Positions 21,499 to 32,148 of a stretch of DNA of 64,000 bases are shown one piece after another. The position numbers and the translations under genes were made by a program. The number at the start of each line of letters is the position of its first letter. Position 1 is the stretch's first letter. The notes below the pieces were generated by a model, which made no database searches, was not told the origin of the DNA, and saw only the letters and a program-made list of their open reading frames with translations. Source of the stretch: Candidatus Eiseniibacteriota bacterium (lineage in GTDB: Bacteria > Eisenbacteria > RBG-16-71-46); contig CAVUWA010000004.1 in NCBI GenBank assembly GCA_963744995.1, positions 64,001 to 128,000 on the forward strand, written 5' to 3'.

Positions 21499-21838
21499 GC
21501 GGATCTCCTGGACGTCAGCGGCGCCGGAACGCCGCGAACCGGCGCCCCGGCTGCGCGCGAAAGGGCACGGATCGGGTGATGCGCGAGCGGCCATGGACGT
21601 CGGGCGCCCATGGCCGGAGCGCGGGAGATTGTAGCGGCTGGAGAACGTTCGTGCACGTGGGGCGCTGCGCGGATCCGCCGCCGGACGGAGCACGACGCGC
21701 GGCAGGTTCATGGTGATCGAACCGAACCGCTGGCATCCGATCGCGGGACCGCGGCATCGAAACGGCGTGTCGTCCCGCCGGCCGGCTCGCGGCCTGCGGG
21801 CGCGGGGCGCAGCGGGGCAGCGGATCCGAGGTGGGAAA

Positions 21839-22243
21839 ATGCCTTCAAGTCGACGCTTAATCGCAAGTGCGGCAGTCGCTTCCATCATGCTCGCCGGGTG
21901 CGCGTCCGGGCTCGCACGGCCCGTTCGCAGCGTCGCGGCCGTGACCGGCGCCGACGGCGTGCAGCGGGTGGCGATCGACCTGCACAGCTTCTACTTCGAG
22001 CCGAATCGGGTGGTGGTCCATGCCGGCCGGCCCGTGGAGCTCGTCCTGCGGAACCGCTCGATCCTGGTTCCGCACAACCTGACGCTCGTCGACTCGACCT
22101 TCTCGATCGATCGCAACGTCTGGGCCCCGGGGGCCCATCGCGTGCGCTTCACGCCGCAGGTCCCCGGCGAGTACGAATTCTTCTGCCACGTCGATCACCA
22201 CGCCGCGAAGGGGATGAAGGGCACGCTCGTGGTGGAACCGTGA
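21839..22243 (+). CDS. Cupredoxin (type 1 copper) lipoprotein
   Basis: Lipobox LAGC; PHNL and [19 protein letters not shown] copper ligands. Confidence 0.85.
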   Translation: MPSSRRLIASAAVASIMLAGCASGLARPVRSVAAVTGADGVQRVAIDLHSFYFEPNRVVVHAGRPVELVLRNRSILVPHNLTLVDSTFSIDRNVWAPGAHRVRFTPQVPGEYEFFCHVDHHAAKGMKGTLVVEP

Positions 22244-23319
22244 GCGCGGCGCCGCGGCTGCTGTCCGTCGCCAGCGCCACGCCGGCGCACCGCGCCCGGC
22301 AGCACGACGCCCGCTCGCTCGCGGCACAGCTGTTCCGGGAGACCCTCGCGGCCGACCCGCGACTGCTGCGGGTGTTCGACCACACCGAGATCGACGGCCG
22401 CGACGTGTGCATGCCGCTCGAGTGGTACGGCGAGAACCACGACTTCGCCGAGAAGAACGCCCTGTACGTCGAGCACGCGCTCGCGCTGGCCGCGGAAGCC
22501 GGGCGCACGGCGCTCCGCCGCGCCGGGATCGAGCCGCGGGACGTCGATCACGTGGTGTTCGTCTCCTCGACGGGGGTCGCCACCCCGAGCCTCGACGCGC
22601 GGCTCGCCAACCTGCTGCCGCTGCGCACGGACGTGCGTCGCACGCCGATCTGGGGTCTCGGGTGTGCCGGGGGCGCCGCGGGGCTCGCGCGGGCGCGCGA
22701 CTTCGCCCTCGCGGATCCGGAGGCGCGGGTGCTGCTGATCGCGGTCGAGCTCTGCACGCTCACGTTCCAGCGCAACGACCTCACCAAACGCAACCTCGTC
22801 GCCGTCTCGTTGTTCGGCGACGGCGCGGCGGCGGTGGTGGTCGAGGGCGCCCGCGCCCGCGACGCACGCGCCGCGAACGGCGCCCCGGAGCTGCTCGCTT
22901 CGCACAGCACGATCTGGCCGGATTCGCTGGACGTGATGGGCTGGGAGGTCGACGGCAGCGGTCTGCACGTCGTGTTCTCGAAGGACATTCCGACCATCGT
23001 GCGTGAAAAGGTGAGGCCGGGCCTGGCGGCGTTCCTCGCCTCGTACGGCCTCGACCTCGAGCGGCTCGAGCACGTCGTGGCGCACCCGGGCGGGGTGAAG
23101 GTGCTGCGGGCCTACGCCGAAGCGCTGGGGCGCGATCCGGAAACGTTCCGGCATTCGCGCGACGTGCTGCGCAACCACGGCAACATGTCGGCGCCCACCT
23201 GCCTGTTCGTGCTGGAGCGCCTGCTGGCCTCGGAGGGAATGCGCAGCGGCGAGCATGCGGTGGTCGCCGCGCTCGGGCCCGGGTTCTCGTCCGAATACGT
23301 GCTGCTGCGCCGCCCGTGA
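22240..23319 (+). CDS. Type III polyketide synthase (SrsA/BpsA-like)
   Basis: Triad GLGCAGG, AHPGG, HGNMS; LFGDGAAA, ALGPGF; GTGA overlap with the cupredoxin gene. Confidence 0.93.
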   Translation: MSAAPRLLSVASATPAHRARQHDARSLAAQLFRETLAADPRLLRVFDHTEIDGRDVCMPLEWYGENHDFAEKNALYVEHALALAAEAGRTALRRAGIEPRDVDHVVFVSSTGVATPSLDARLANLLPLRTDVRRTPIWGLGCAGGAAGLARARDFALADPEARVLLIAVELCTLTFQRNDLTKRNLVAVSLFGDGAAAVVVEGARARDARAANGAPELLASHSTIWPDSLDVMGWEVDGSGLHVVFSKDIPTIVREKVRPGLAAFLASYGLDLERLEHVVAHPGGVKVLRAYAEALGRDPETFRHSRDVLRNHGNMSAPTCLFVLERLLASEGMRSGEHAVVAALGPGFSSEYVLLRRP

Positions 23320-23837
23320 TGCCCGAGCCCCGCGTCGCCCTCGCCCTCGCGGCGTACCTGGTCTGCCTGATCGTGGAGCGCTTCGTGGAGCTGGCGATCT
23401 CCGCGCGCAACGGCCGCCGTCTCGTCGCGCGCGGTGCGCGCCTCCGGGCGGACGACGGCTTCCGTCCGATCGTCCTGCTGCACGTGCTCTTTCCGCTGGC
23501 GCTGATCGCGGAGGTGATCCTGCTCGGCGCGCGACCCGGTGTCGCGTGGCCCGTCTGGCTGGCGGCCTGGCTCGGCGCCCATGGGCTGCGCTTCGCCTGC
23601 ATGCGTGCATTGGGCGAGCGCTGGCACGTGCGCGTCCTCACGCCGCCCGGCGCCGCGCCGCTGCGGCGCGGCCCGTACCGGTTCCTGCGGCATCCGAACT
23701 ACCTCGCCGTCGCGGTCGAGATCGCGGCGGCGGCGATGATGTTCGGCGCCTGGCGCACGGCGATCGTGTTCTCGCTGGCCAACGCGGTCGCGCTGACCCG
23801 CCGGATCCGGGTGGAGAACCGCGCCGTCTACGGCTGA
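23319..23837 (+). CDS. Isoprenylcysteine carboxyl methyltransferase family (SrsB/BpsB-like)
   Basis: ERFVEL..S.RN, GPYRFLRHPNY, RIRVENRA; hydrophobic; coupled to the PKS. Confidence 0.9.
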   Translation: MPEPRVALALAAYLVCLIVERFVELAISARNGRRLVARGARLRADDGFRPIVLLHVLFPLALIAEVILLGARPGVAWPVWLAAWLGAHGLRFACMRALGERWHVRVLTPPGAAPLRRGPYRFLRHPNYLAVAVEIAAAAMMFGAWRTAIVFSLANAVALTRRIRVENRAVYG

Positions 23838-23858
23838 GCCGGCGGCCGGCACGCCCGG

Positions 23859-25727
23859 CTACGACAGGATTCCCGCCACGACCAGCAGCGCGATCGCCAC
23901 GCCCATCATGCTCTCGCCGGCGATGATGCCGGACGAGACCGGCACCACGTACTCGTCCGCCACCTTCGGCTTCCAGCGGTGGAGCCCCACTGCGAGCAGG
24001 GCGCCGATGAACATCGAGATCGAGTAGTAGCCGGTGATCGTGAAGGCGATGCCGAGGCCCACCGGCGAGGGGATCCACTGCTTGTGTTTCGGAAATGCCG
24101 TTTCGAGGAGCGCCAGCACGATGCCGGTGATCGCGCCGACGAGCAGGCCGATGCGCGCCGTGCGGTGCAGCGCGCCGACGCCGTTGGCGAGCAGCTCGGC
24201 GACCCCGCGCCACACCTGGGCGGCGGGCGCCGGCCACTGCTCGGTGCCGAGCATCGAGGCGTTCGGGATCAGCAGGAAGAACACCGGCACCACCACGAGC
24301 CCGCCGGCGAGCACGCCGAAGAACTGCGCGATGAACTGCTGGCGCGGCTTCGCGCCCAGCAGGTAACCGGACTTGAGATCGGTGAGCAGGTCGCCGGCAT
24401 GGCTGCACGCGCCCGCGGTGATGTTCGCGGTCATCAGGTTGGTGGGCACGTTGCCGGGGGCGAGCGCGCCGTAGGTGAGCTGGGTGATCTTGGAAAGGGG
24501 CCCCGTGGGGGTGATGTCGGTCTCGCCGGTCGAGCGCGCGGCGACCACCACCAGCAGCAGCGTCATCAGCACGGCAATGATGCCCATCCAGATGTGAATG
24601 TGGAAGAACGCGTGACCCATCCAGACCACGACCGCGCCGAGCGCCACCATCCCGCCGACGAACCACGAGCCCGGCACCTCGATCGCGTCCATCGGATCGT
24701 CGCCCTGCGTGGCACGGCGCGGCCGGAACATGGCGGTGATCGTGCTGAACGCGCGCACCACGGTCTTCCACTGCAGGAAGAACATCAGCAGGCCTGCGGT
24801 GACCATCATCGGCACGCCGATCCACAGGCTCCACGACGAGATGCGCCGGAGCGCCGAGCCGCCGCTCGAGGCGATGACCCCGGCGTCCATCATCATCGGC
24901 GCGAGGATGCCGTAGTTGATCACCGTGCCGAGCATCAGGCTCCACGCCTGGCGCATACCCATGATCGCGCCCGCGGCGACGAACAGCAGCGAGCCCTCGA
25001 ACGACAGCGTCAGGTCCTGCATCATCCGGTAGTTGCCGATCTTCCACGCGCCCGGCAGCCAGGTGGCGGGGATTTTCGGGTACCACGAAAGCCATGGCGC
25101 CGAGGCGTCGCGCAGCCAGGTGATGAGCGCGCCGAGCAGCGCGGCGAGCCCGAGGGAGCGCGCCTTGCGCTCGGCGGCGCCGCCGTGCTCGTGCAGGCTC
25201 CGCAGCGTTTCGGCCGCGGCGATGCCGCTCGGGAAGCGCAGCTGCTCGATATTGATCATCTGTCGCTTGGCGGGAACCGCGAGGAACACGCCGAGCCACG
25301 AGATCACCAGGATCCACACGGTGAGCTGCCACATCCCCGGGACCGCCTCGGGGTTCAGCATCATCAGCGCGGGAATCGCGTTCACGAGCCCCGCGCCGGT
25401 CATGTAGCCCGCCGCCGAGGCGGCCGACTGCATGGCGTTGTTCTCGAGGATGCTGAACGGCGGGAACTGTTTCGGGAACAGCCGGTGCAGCGTGGCGAAG
25501 ATCGCGTAGGCGAGGATGCACGACGTGATCGCCACGCCCAGACCCCAGCCGGCCTTGAGGCCGATGTAGACGTTCGACAGCGACATGAAGCCGCCCAGCA
25601 GCATGCCCATGATCAGCGCGCGGCGGGTGAGCTGCGGCATGCGGTCACCCTGGTAGACGGTTTCGAACCAGTGCCGCTCGATTTCTTCCGGCGTATGCGG
25701 GGGGGGTGTCGCGGGAACTGTCGCCAC
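23859..25727 (-). CDS. OPT family oligopeptide transporter
   Basis: QLTRRA, NVYIGLKAGW, ENNAMQSAASA, LRFPSGIAAAE, DLKSGYLLGA, SGIIAGES; many TM segments. Confidence 0.92.
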   Translation of the reverse strand: MATVPATPPPHTPEEIERHWFETVYQGDRMPQLTRRALIMGMLLGGFMSLSNVYIGLKAGWGLGVAITSCILAYAIFATLHRLFPKQFPPFSILENNAMQSAASAAGYMTGAGLVNAIPALMMLNPEAVPGMWQLTVWILVISWLGVFLAVPAKRQMINIEQLRFPSGIAAAETLRSLHEHGGAAERKARSLGLAALLGALITWLRDASAPWLSWYPKIPATWLPGAWKIGNYRMMQDLTLSFEGSLLFVAAGAIMGMRQAWSLMLGTVINYGILAPMMMDAGVIASSGGSALRRISSWSLWIGVPMMVTAGLLMFFLQWKTVVRAFSTITAMFRPRRATQGDDPMDAIEVPGSWFVGGMVALGAVVVWMGHAFFHIHIWMGIIAVLMTLLLVVVAARSTGETDITPTGPLSKITQLTYGALAPGNVPTNLMTANITAGACSHAGDLLTDLKSGYLLGAKPRQQFIAQFFGVLAGGLVVVPVFFLLIPNASMLGTEQWPAPAAQVWRGVAELLANGVGALHRTARIGLLVGAITGIVLALLETAFPKHKQWIPSPVGLGIAFTITGYYSISMFIGALLAVGLHRWKPKVADEYVVPVSSGIIAGESMMGVAIALLVVAGILS

Positions 25728-25924
25728 GTGGAACCTCGCCTCGGATTCGGGGAAGGACGGCCTGCGGGACGGCACAGCGTCCGATAACGACCGGCGCCGC
25801 TCAAGGGGGAAAATGGTCGCACCGCAGGGCCGAGACGGCGGCCCGGCGCGCGGCGCCGCTGGCCGCCCGTGCGGGCCCTCGGGTAAGGTGCGCGACCCGG
25901 CGCGCCGCCGGAGGGGGACCGCCC

Positions 25925-27100
25925 ATGCCGCTGCGATCGATGATCGCCACATTCCCGCGCGACGTCTGGATCCTGTTCATCGGCTCCGCGGTCAACCGCT
26001 TCGGCAGCTTCGTGCTGGTGTTCCTGATCCTCTACCTCACGAAGCAGGGGTTCTCGCCGGCGCAGGCCGGGATCGCGGTCGCGGCCTACGGGGTGGGCGG
26101 GATCGGCGCCTCGCTGGTCGGCGGCCAGCTCGCCGACCGTCTCGGCCGCCGCCGCACGATCGCGCTCTCGATGTTCAGCGCGGCGGTCGCGCTGCTGGTG
26201 CTCGGACGGGTGCACTCGCTGCCGGCGATCGTGGTGTGGACCGCGCTCACCGGACTCACCGCCGAGCTCTATCGCCCGGCATCCACGGCGCTGCTCACCG
26301 ACCTCACGAAGCCGGCCGATCGCGTCACCGCGTTCGCCGGCTACCGCCTCGCGATCAACTTCGGCGCCATGGTCGGTCCCGCGGTCGGCGGTCTGATCGC
26401 GGAGGCGTCGTTCGCCTGGTTGTTCGTCGGCGACGCGCTGACCTGCGCGCTGTTCGGCGTCATCGCGCTCGCATTCCTGCCCGAGGGCCGGCGCACCTCG
26501 CACGCGGGCGACACGGCGCTGCCGCCGCACTCGATCCTGCGCGACTCCGGGTTCCTGGTGTTCCTGGTGGCCTCGACGGCGGTCGCGTTCATGTATGCGC
26601 AGTCACACTCGGGCTTCGCGCTCGAGGTCGCCGCGCGCGGCTGGCCGAATCACGTCTACGGCCTGCTGGTGGCGCTCAACGCCCTGCTGGTGCTGCTGCT
26701 CGAAGTGCCGCTGTCACGCTGGACGCGCACCCGGCGGCGGCGGCCGATGATCGCGCTCGGCTGGGGGCTGATCGCACTCGGTTTCGGTCTGATCCCCTGG
26801 GGGCATGGAATTCCGTGGCTGACGCTCACCGTGCTGGTGTGGACGCTCGGCGAGATCGTGTCGGCGCCGATCGCGTCGGCGTACGTCTCGGACCTCGCGC
26901 CCGATCACATGCGCGGCCGCTACATGGGCGCGTGGACGATGACCTGGGGGCTCGGCTTCGTGCTCGGCCCCTCGCTCGGCGGCAGGCTGTTCGAGTGGGC
27001 GCCGGCCGCGCTGTGGGGCGCATGCCTCGGGCTCGGCGCGATCGCCGCGACGATGGTCATGCTCGCGCCGCCGTCGTACCGCCAGACGCCCGGGACCTGA
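25925..27100 (+). CDS. MFS transporter
   Basis: GGQLADRLGRRR motif A; APDHMRGRYMG; about 12 TM segments. Confidence 0.92.
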   Translation: MPLRSMIATFPRDVWILFIGSAVNRFGSFVLVFLILYLTKQGFSPAQAGIAVAAYGVGGIGASLVGGQLADRLGRRRTIALSMFSAAVALLVLGRVHSLPAIVVWTALTGLTAELYRPASTALLTDLTKPADRVTAFAGYRLAINFGAMVGPAVGGLIAEASFAWLFVGDALTCALFGVIALAFLPEGRRTSHAGDTALPPHSILRDSGFLVFLVASTAVAFMYAQSHSGFALEVAARGWPNHVYGLLVALNALLVLLLEVPLSRWTRTRRRRPMIALGWGLIALGFGLIPWGHGIPWLTLTVLVWTLGEIVSAPIASAYVSDLAPDHMRGRYMGAWTMTWGLGFVLGPSLGGRLFEWAPAALWGACLGLGAIAATMVMLAPPSYRQTPGT

Positions 27101-27239
27101 GTCGGACCGCGGCGCTGCAGCACTTCCCCTGGCACGCCCCATGCCGTCTGCTGCGCCCGGGGCGTGCGGGTGCTACAGTCCGTCGCCGACCGCGCGCCGC
27201 CCGGCGGCGCGCCCACATCGAGACTTCGAGGAGACCCCC

Positions 27240-28532
27240 ATGACGCGCACCCCGCTTCGCGCGTGGTTGCCGTGCCTTGCCGCCGTGCTCGCGGCATTCG
27301 CGGCCGGATGCACACGCCCGGAGGCCGCTCCGCCGGCGATCCGGCTGATCGAAACCGTTCCGGTCGAAACCTCGCTCGGCAACCCGGATCTCCAATCCGC
27401 CCACGACGCGTGGCTCGAGCTGATCGGCGGCGCGCAGGCGTCGCTCGACATCGAGCAGTTCTATGTTTCACGCTGGCCCGGCGAGCCGCTCGACGACGTG
27501 CTGGACGCGGTCGGGGCGGCGGCGGCGCGCGGCGTGAAGGTGCGCTTCATCGTCGACGGCCGCATGCACGCGACCTATCCGAGGACGATCGACTCGCTCG
27601 GTACCGTATCCGGCATCGAGACGCGGGTGATCCCGTGGAAGGACATCGCCGGCGGCGTGCAGCACTCGAAGTTCTTCATCGTCGACGGCGGCACGATCGT
27701 ACTCGGCAGCCAGAACTTCGACTGGCGCGCGCTCGAACACATCCACGAACTGGGCGTGATCGTGCGCGATCACGACGTCACCGGCGTGTTCCAGCAGGTG
27801 TTCGACATGGACTGGGCCGCATCCGACCCGGACAGTGCGCGCGGCGCCCGGGCGGTCGCGGCGGCGCGTGAGGCGGCAGCCACCGCGGCGCCGCACCCGG
27901 TTCCCTACCGCGTCGTGCGCGTGCCCGGCGATACCGTCTCGGTGTGGCCGAGCTACAGCCCGCACGGGTTCATTCCGGACTCGACGCTGTGGGACCGGAC
28001 CGCGATGGTGCGCCTGCTGGACGGTGCACGCCACGAGATCGTGCTGCAGACGCTCACCTACGGCACGCGCTCCTACGGAGTCGCCGACAGCACGGTCGAC
28101 GCCGCGCTGCGCCGCGCGGCCGCACGCGGCGTGCAGGTGAGGATGCTGGTCTCCGACTGGGAAAAGGGCAGCCGCGAGATGGTGTCGCTGCAGCGCCTCG
28201 CGCGGGTGCCGGGCGTCGAAGTGCGGCTCTCGACGATTCCCGAGTGGAGCGGCGGCTACATTCCATTCGCGCGCGTGGATCACAGCAAGTACGCCGTGGC
28301 CGACACCGCCACGGTCTGGGTCGGCACCAGCAACTGGGATCCCGGCTACTGGTGGGGCTCGCGCAACCTTGCGGTGACGCTCGAGAGCCGCGCCCTCGCC
28401 GGCGCCGCGCGCCGCGTGTTCGAAGCGGGCTGGAGCGCGCCCGGCGCCGCGCCGCTCGACCCGGATTCGACCTACGCGCCGAAGATCCACGGCGAGGAGC
28501 CGCCCGCGGGAGCGGTCAAGTACGGCGGATGA
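27240..28532 (+). CDS. Phospholipase D superfamily lipoprotein with two HKD motifs
   Basis: Lipobox AAGC; QHSKFFIVD..GSQNFD and DHSKYAVAD..GTSNW. Confidence 0.9.
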   Translation: MTRTPLRAWLPCLAAVLAAFAAGCTRPEAAPPAIRLIETVPVETSLGNPDLQSAHDAWLELIGGAQASLDIEQFYVSRWPGEPLDDVLDAVGAAAARGVKVRFIVDGRMHATYPRTIDSLGTVSGIETRVIPWKDIAGGVQHSKFFIVDGGTIVLGSQNFDWRALEHIHELGVIVRDHDVTGVFQQVFDMDWAASDPDSARGARAVAAAREAAATAAPHPVPYRVVRVPGDTVSVWPSYSPHGFIPDSTLWDRTAMVRLLDGARHEIVLQTLTYGTRSYGVADSTVDAALRRAAARGVQVRMLVSDWEKGSREMVSLQRLARVPGVEVRLSTIPEWSGGYIPFARVDHSKYAVADTATVWVGTSNWDPGYWWGSRNLAVTLESRALAGAARRVFEAGWSAPGAAPLDPDSTYAPKIHGEEPPAGAVKYGG

Positions 28533-28605
28533 TGCGTCCGGCACGGCCGGCGCCGCGGTGGCGGCGCGCCCCCGGGGAAGTGATTCCGGCGGCCGCGACG
28601 CAGCC

Positions 28606-30225
28606 ATGAGCGATCGAGCCGGGGCGCGCACCGGCCCGCCGGGGATGGTCTGGCTCGCGGCGTGGCTGCTGGCCGCCGGCATGGCCGTCGCGGTGGCGGC
28701 TTCGCTCTGGGACCTCGCGGTCCACTCCGGCACCTATCCGCACTGGGACGCCGCCGCGCATGCGCTCGACGGCGTGCAGATGGCGCGGGCGATCGCGGCG
28801 GGGGAGTGGCGTCACTTCCTGGCGCTGGTGAGCGCGCGCGACAAGTGGGCGCCGCTGTTTCCGATTCTCGAAGTGCCCGTGTTCCTCGCCCGCGGCTACA
28901 CCTATGACGTGGCCGCGGCGCAGATGCCGTTCTACTTCGCGCTGGCGACGCTGGCCGTGTTCACGGCGGGCGCGGCGATCGGCGGGTGGCGCGGGCTCGT
29001 GACCGGCGCCGTCGCGAGCGCGTGCTTCGCGTCCTCCGCCTACGTCCGCAACATGGCGACCACCACCATGCTCGAGATCCCGGGAACCTTGTTCCTGATG
29101 CTCGCGCTGGCCGCGTACATCCGCTTCCGGCGGCACGGGCGCCCCGGCGACGCGCGTCTCGCCGCGATCGCGACGACCCTGCTGGTGTTCTGCAAGTGGA
29201 ACTACGGCTTCCTGTGGCTGGTCCCGCTCGGGCTCAACGAGCTCGGACACAGCCTGGTATCGCCCGCGCGGATGCGCGCGCGCGGGCTCCCCGTGGGGCT
29301 GCGCGCCCTGCTCGTCTGGACCGTGTTCCCGCTCGCGCTGTGGTTCGCCAATCCGCGCCACGCGAAGGCGGTCCTGCGCTACGCGGAGGGCCTGCCGCAG
29401 GCCTCCAGGCCCCTGATCGAGAACCTGATCTACTACCCGCGCGTGTTCGTCACGGCGTTCATGGCCCCGCCCTGGCTGGCGGCCGCGGTCCTGCTCACGG
29501 CCGGCGTCGCCGTGGTCCTCGCGTTCCGGCTGCCGGCGGCCCAGCGCATCCTGCCGGTCGGGTTCGCGGCCGCTCTGGCGATGATCACGCTGCACTTCTA
29601 CAAGTACAGCCGGTTCCTCTTCACGATCGCCCCGTTCGTGTGGCTGTGCTTCGGGCTGGTTCTCGCGATCGCGATCGAACGCCTACTCGCGAATCGCGCG
29701 CGGCTCGGGCGGCCGGCGCGGGCGGCGTTCGCCCTGGGGAGCATGGGCGTGGGGCTGATCGCCGGCCTGAATCCCGCTCCGGTGCGCGCGCTCCACCGGC
29801 GCTCGATGGGTCCCCCGGCGCTGCGCCGGGTGCTCGACGCGATCGGCGACGTCCACCGCGCGTCCCGCGGCACGGCGCTGATGGGCTTCTGGGACAAGCT
29901 GAGCAATCCGCTCGTCGAATGGGACCTGCTCCTCGCCGGCACGGGAGCCGCTCCCGCGCCGCGCCCCATGAACCCTGCATGGTATGGAGAGTCCGATCCG
30001 GCGCGGGTGCTGGACCGGCTCGCCGTGGATCCGCAGGTCGAGCGGGTGATGATCCTGGACCTGCCGCGCGATGCGCCCGCCTATGGGCCCGCCTTCGCGC
30101 GGGACAATCCGCATCACGCGCGCTGGCTCGCGGCGTTCGCCGCGGACCCGCGCTTCCGCCTCGATACGCAGCACTTCTTTCCGGCCACGGGCTACACGCT
30201 GTTCGTCTACGCGATCCGGCGCTGA
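28606..30225 (+). CDS. Multi-pass membrane protein, probable GT-C (ArnT/PMT-like) glycosyltransferase
   Basis: N-terminal TM then WDAAAH loop, MLEIP motif, about 11 TM segments, soluble C-terminal domain. Confidence 0.65.
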   Translation: MSDRAGARTGPPGMVWLAAWLLAAGMAVAVAASLWDLAVHSGTYPHWDAAAHALDGVQMARAIAAGEWRHFLALVSARDKWAPLFPILEVPVFLARGYTYDVAAAQMPFYFALATLAVFTAGAAIGGWRGLVTGAVASACFASSAYVRNMATTTMLEIPGTLFLMLALAAYIRFRRHGRPGDARLAAIATTLLVFCKWNYGFLWLVPLGLNELGHSLVSPARMRARGLPVGLRALLVWTVFPLALWFANPRHAKAVLRYAEGLPQASRPLIENLIYYPRVFVTAFMAPPWLAAAVLLTAGVAVVLAFRLPAAQRILPVGFAAALAMITLHFYKYSRFLFTIAPFVWLCFGLVLAIAIERLLANRARLGRPARAAFALGSMGVGLIAGLNPAPVRALHRRSMGPPALRRVLDAIGDVHRASRGTALMGFWDKLSNPLVEWDLLLAGTGAAPAPRPMNPAWYGESDPARVLDRLAVDPQVERVMILDLPRDAPAYGPAFARDNPHHARWLAAFAADPRFRLDTQHFFPATGYTLFVYAIRR

Positions 30226-30233
30226 GGCGGGTG

Positions 30234-30255
30234 GGGGGGCGCGGGCGCGCCCCCC
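30234..30255. terminator. GC hairpin between convergent genes
   Basis: GGGGGGCGC-gggc-GCGCCCCCC. Confidence 0.5.
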
Positions 30256-30261
30256 GCTGGC

Positions 30262-32148
30262 CTATTTCAGCAGCTTCTCGATCTCGTCCATGACCGAGTT
30301 CATTTCCTTGATCGCGGCGTTGAACGGCGCCGACGTCGTCATGTCCACGCCCGCGTCCTTGAGCAGGTCCACCGGGTATTTGGACGAGCCGGCCTTCAGC
30401 ATCGCCAGGTAGGCGTCGCGGCGCGGCCGCGCCTTGCCGCCCTTCGCCGCCTCGGCGCGGATGTCGTTCGCGAGCTTGGTCGAGGCGACGATGCTGGTGG
30501 CGTACTGGTAGACGTAGAAGTCGTAGTAGAAGTGATTGACGAACGCCCATTCGGTGCCGATCACGTCGTCCACCTTGCAGACGCCCTGCGCGTCCCCGTA
30601 GTAGTCGCGCACGAGCTTCAGGTAGCGTTCGCTCAGATTCTCGCCCGACAGCGGCTCACCCTTTTCGCCCATTTCGTGGATCATCAGCTCGAACTCGGCG
30701 AACTCCACCTGCCGGAACAGCGTGCCGCGCAGGTTGTCGAGGTAGCTGCCGAGCAGGAACAGCTTCGTGTCGCGATCCTTCGCCTTCGCGTACATCGAGT
30801 GGAACAGCAGGTTCTCGTTGAGCGTCGAGGCGACCTCGGCGACGAAGGTGGCGTAGTCGTGGTTCACGTACGGCTGGTGCGTGTCCGCGTACCACGTGTG
30901 CATCGAGTGGCCGGACTCGTGCGCCAGCGTCGAGACGTCGATGTAGCCGCCGTTGAAGTTCATCAGCTGGTACGGGTGAACGCCGTACGCGCCGGTGCTG
31001 TAGGCGCCCGAGGCCTTGCCGGTCGTCGGCATCCAGTCCATCCAGCCCCCGGTGAACGCGCCCGCGAGCACCCGTTCGTACTCGGCGCCGAGCGGCTTCA
31101 CCGCTTCGAGCACCTCCTGTTGCGCCTGCTCGGGCGTGTAGTGCAGGTCCACTTCCTTGATGATCGGCGCGTAGATGTCCTCGTAGCGCAGCGTGTCGAC
31201 GCCGAGCATGCGCCGGCGCAGCTTCAGGTAGCGCCACAGGGTCGGCAGGTTCTTGCGCGCGTCGGCGACGAGCTGCGTGTAGACGCTGGTCGGGATGTTG
31301 TCGCCGAACATCGCCGCCTGCAGGCAGCTGTCGAACTTGCGCACGTCCTTGTCGAACACGTGCGCCTGAACCTGCGCGTTGAGGGTCGCGCCCACGGTCC
31401 CCTGGAAGCTGCGGTACGCGTCCCAGAACGCCTTGAACACGCGCATCCGGTTCTCGCGGTCGGGATCGGCGCGGTACTTCTCGTACGCCTGCTGGTCGAG
31501 CCGGACTCTGGTGCCGTCCACGAGCTCGACCTCGGGGTAGGGCAGCTCGGCGTTGGTGAACAGCTCGTAGACGTTCTCGCCGGCGTTCGCGAACGCCCCG
31601 GTCTTGGCGAGGATCGCCTCCTCCTCGGGCGACAGGGTGTGCGGCGCCCAGCGCAGGATGTCGTCCAGGTACTGACGGTAGTCGGCGAGCCCCGGCTCGG
31701 CGGCGATGAACGCGTGGATCTTCTCCGCGCCGACCGCGAGGATCTCCGGCCGCAGCCAGGCGCTCGCGGCGCCGGCCTTCACGTAGAGCTGCTGCGCGGA
31801 CTGCTTCATCTCCTGCGCCTTCGACACCCGCGCGTCCTCGTCGCTCAACTGGCTCGCATAGGTGTAGAGCCGCGACAGGTCGCGATAGAGGTCCATGCGG
31901 TCTTTGAGTGCCTGCAGCAGGCGTCCGGCCGAGTCGCCGAGGTGCCCCTTGTCGTCCGCGAGCGTGGGAATGCGCTTCTCGAGGTCGGCCTTCGCCGCGT
32001 CCCACGCCGCCTGATCGGCATAGAGCGCGGTCAGGTCCCACTTGTACTTCGGGGCGATGTCAGGGCGTTCGGCGCCGGCCGCGCGGCCGGCGGCCGCGGT
32101 GCCCAGCGCGAGCGTCAGGAGAAGCATGAGTGCACCTTTCCAGGTCAT
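30262..32148 (-). CDS. pepF: Oligoendopeptidase F (M3B) with a signal peptide
   Basis: KWDLTALY, KASGAYS, TLAHESGHSMH, FVAEVAST.NE, HFYYDFYVYQYA. Confidence 0.93.
   Translation of the reverse strand: MTWKGALMLLLTLALGTAAAGRAAGAERPDIAPKYKWDLTALYADQAAWDAAKADLEKRIPTLADDKGHLGDSAGRLLQALKDRMDLYRDLSRLYTYASQLSDEDARVSKAQEMKQSAQQLYVKAGAASAWLRPEILAVGAEKIHAFIAAEPGLADYRQYLDDILRWAPHTLSPEEEAILAKTGAFANAGENVYELFTNAELPYPEVELVDGTRVRLDQQAYEKYRADPDRENRMRVFKAFWDAYRSFQGTVGATLNAQVQAHVFDKDVRKFDSCLQAAMFGDNIPTSVYTQLVADARKNLPTLWRYLKLRRRMLGVDTLRYEDIYAPIIKEVDLHYTPEQAQQEVLEAVKPLGAEYERVLAGAFTGGWMDWMPTTGKASGAYSTGAYGVHPYQLMNFNGGYIDVSTLAHESGHSMHTWYADTHQPYVNHDYATFVAEVASTLNENLLFHSMYAKAKDRDTKLFLLGSYLDNLRGTLFRQVEFAEFELMIHEMGEKGEPLSGENLSERYLKLVRDYYGDAQGVCKVDDVIGTEWAFVNHFYYDFYVYQYATSIVASTKLANDIRAEAAKGGKARPRRDAYLAMLKAGSSKYPVDLLKDAGVDMTTSAPFNAAIKEMNSVMDEIEKLLK

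Noticed and set aside
25699..25706. G8 runs in the OPT gene and in exbD (41773-41780) as phase-variation tracts
   Set aside because: They are short, encode Pro runs in frame and are expected at this GC content.
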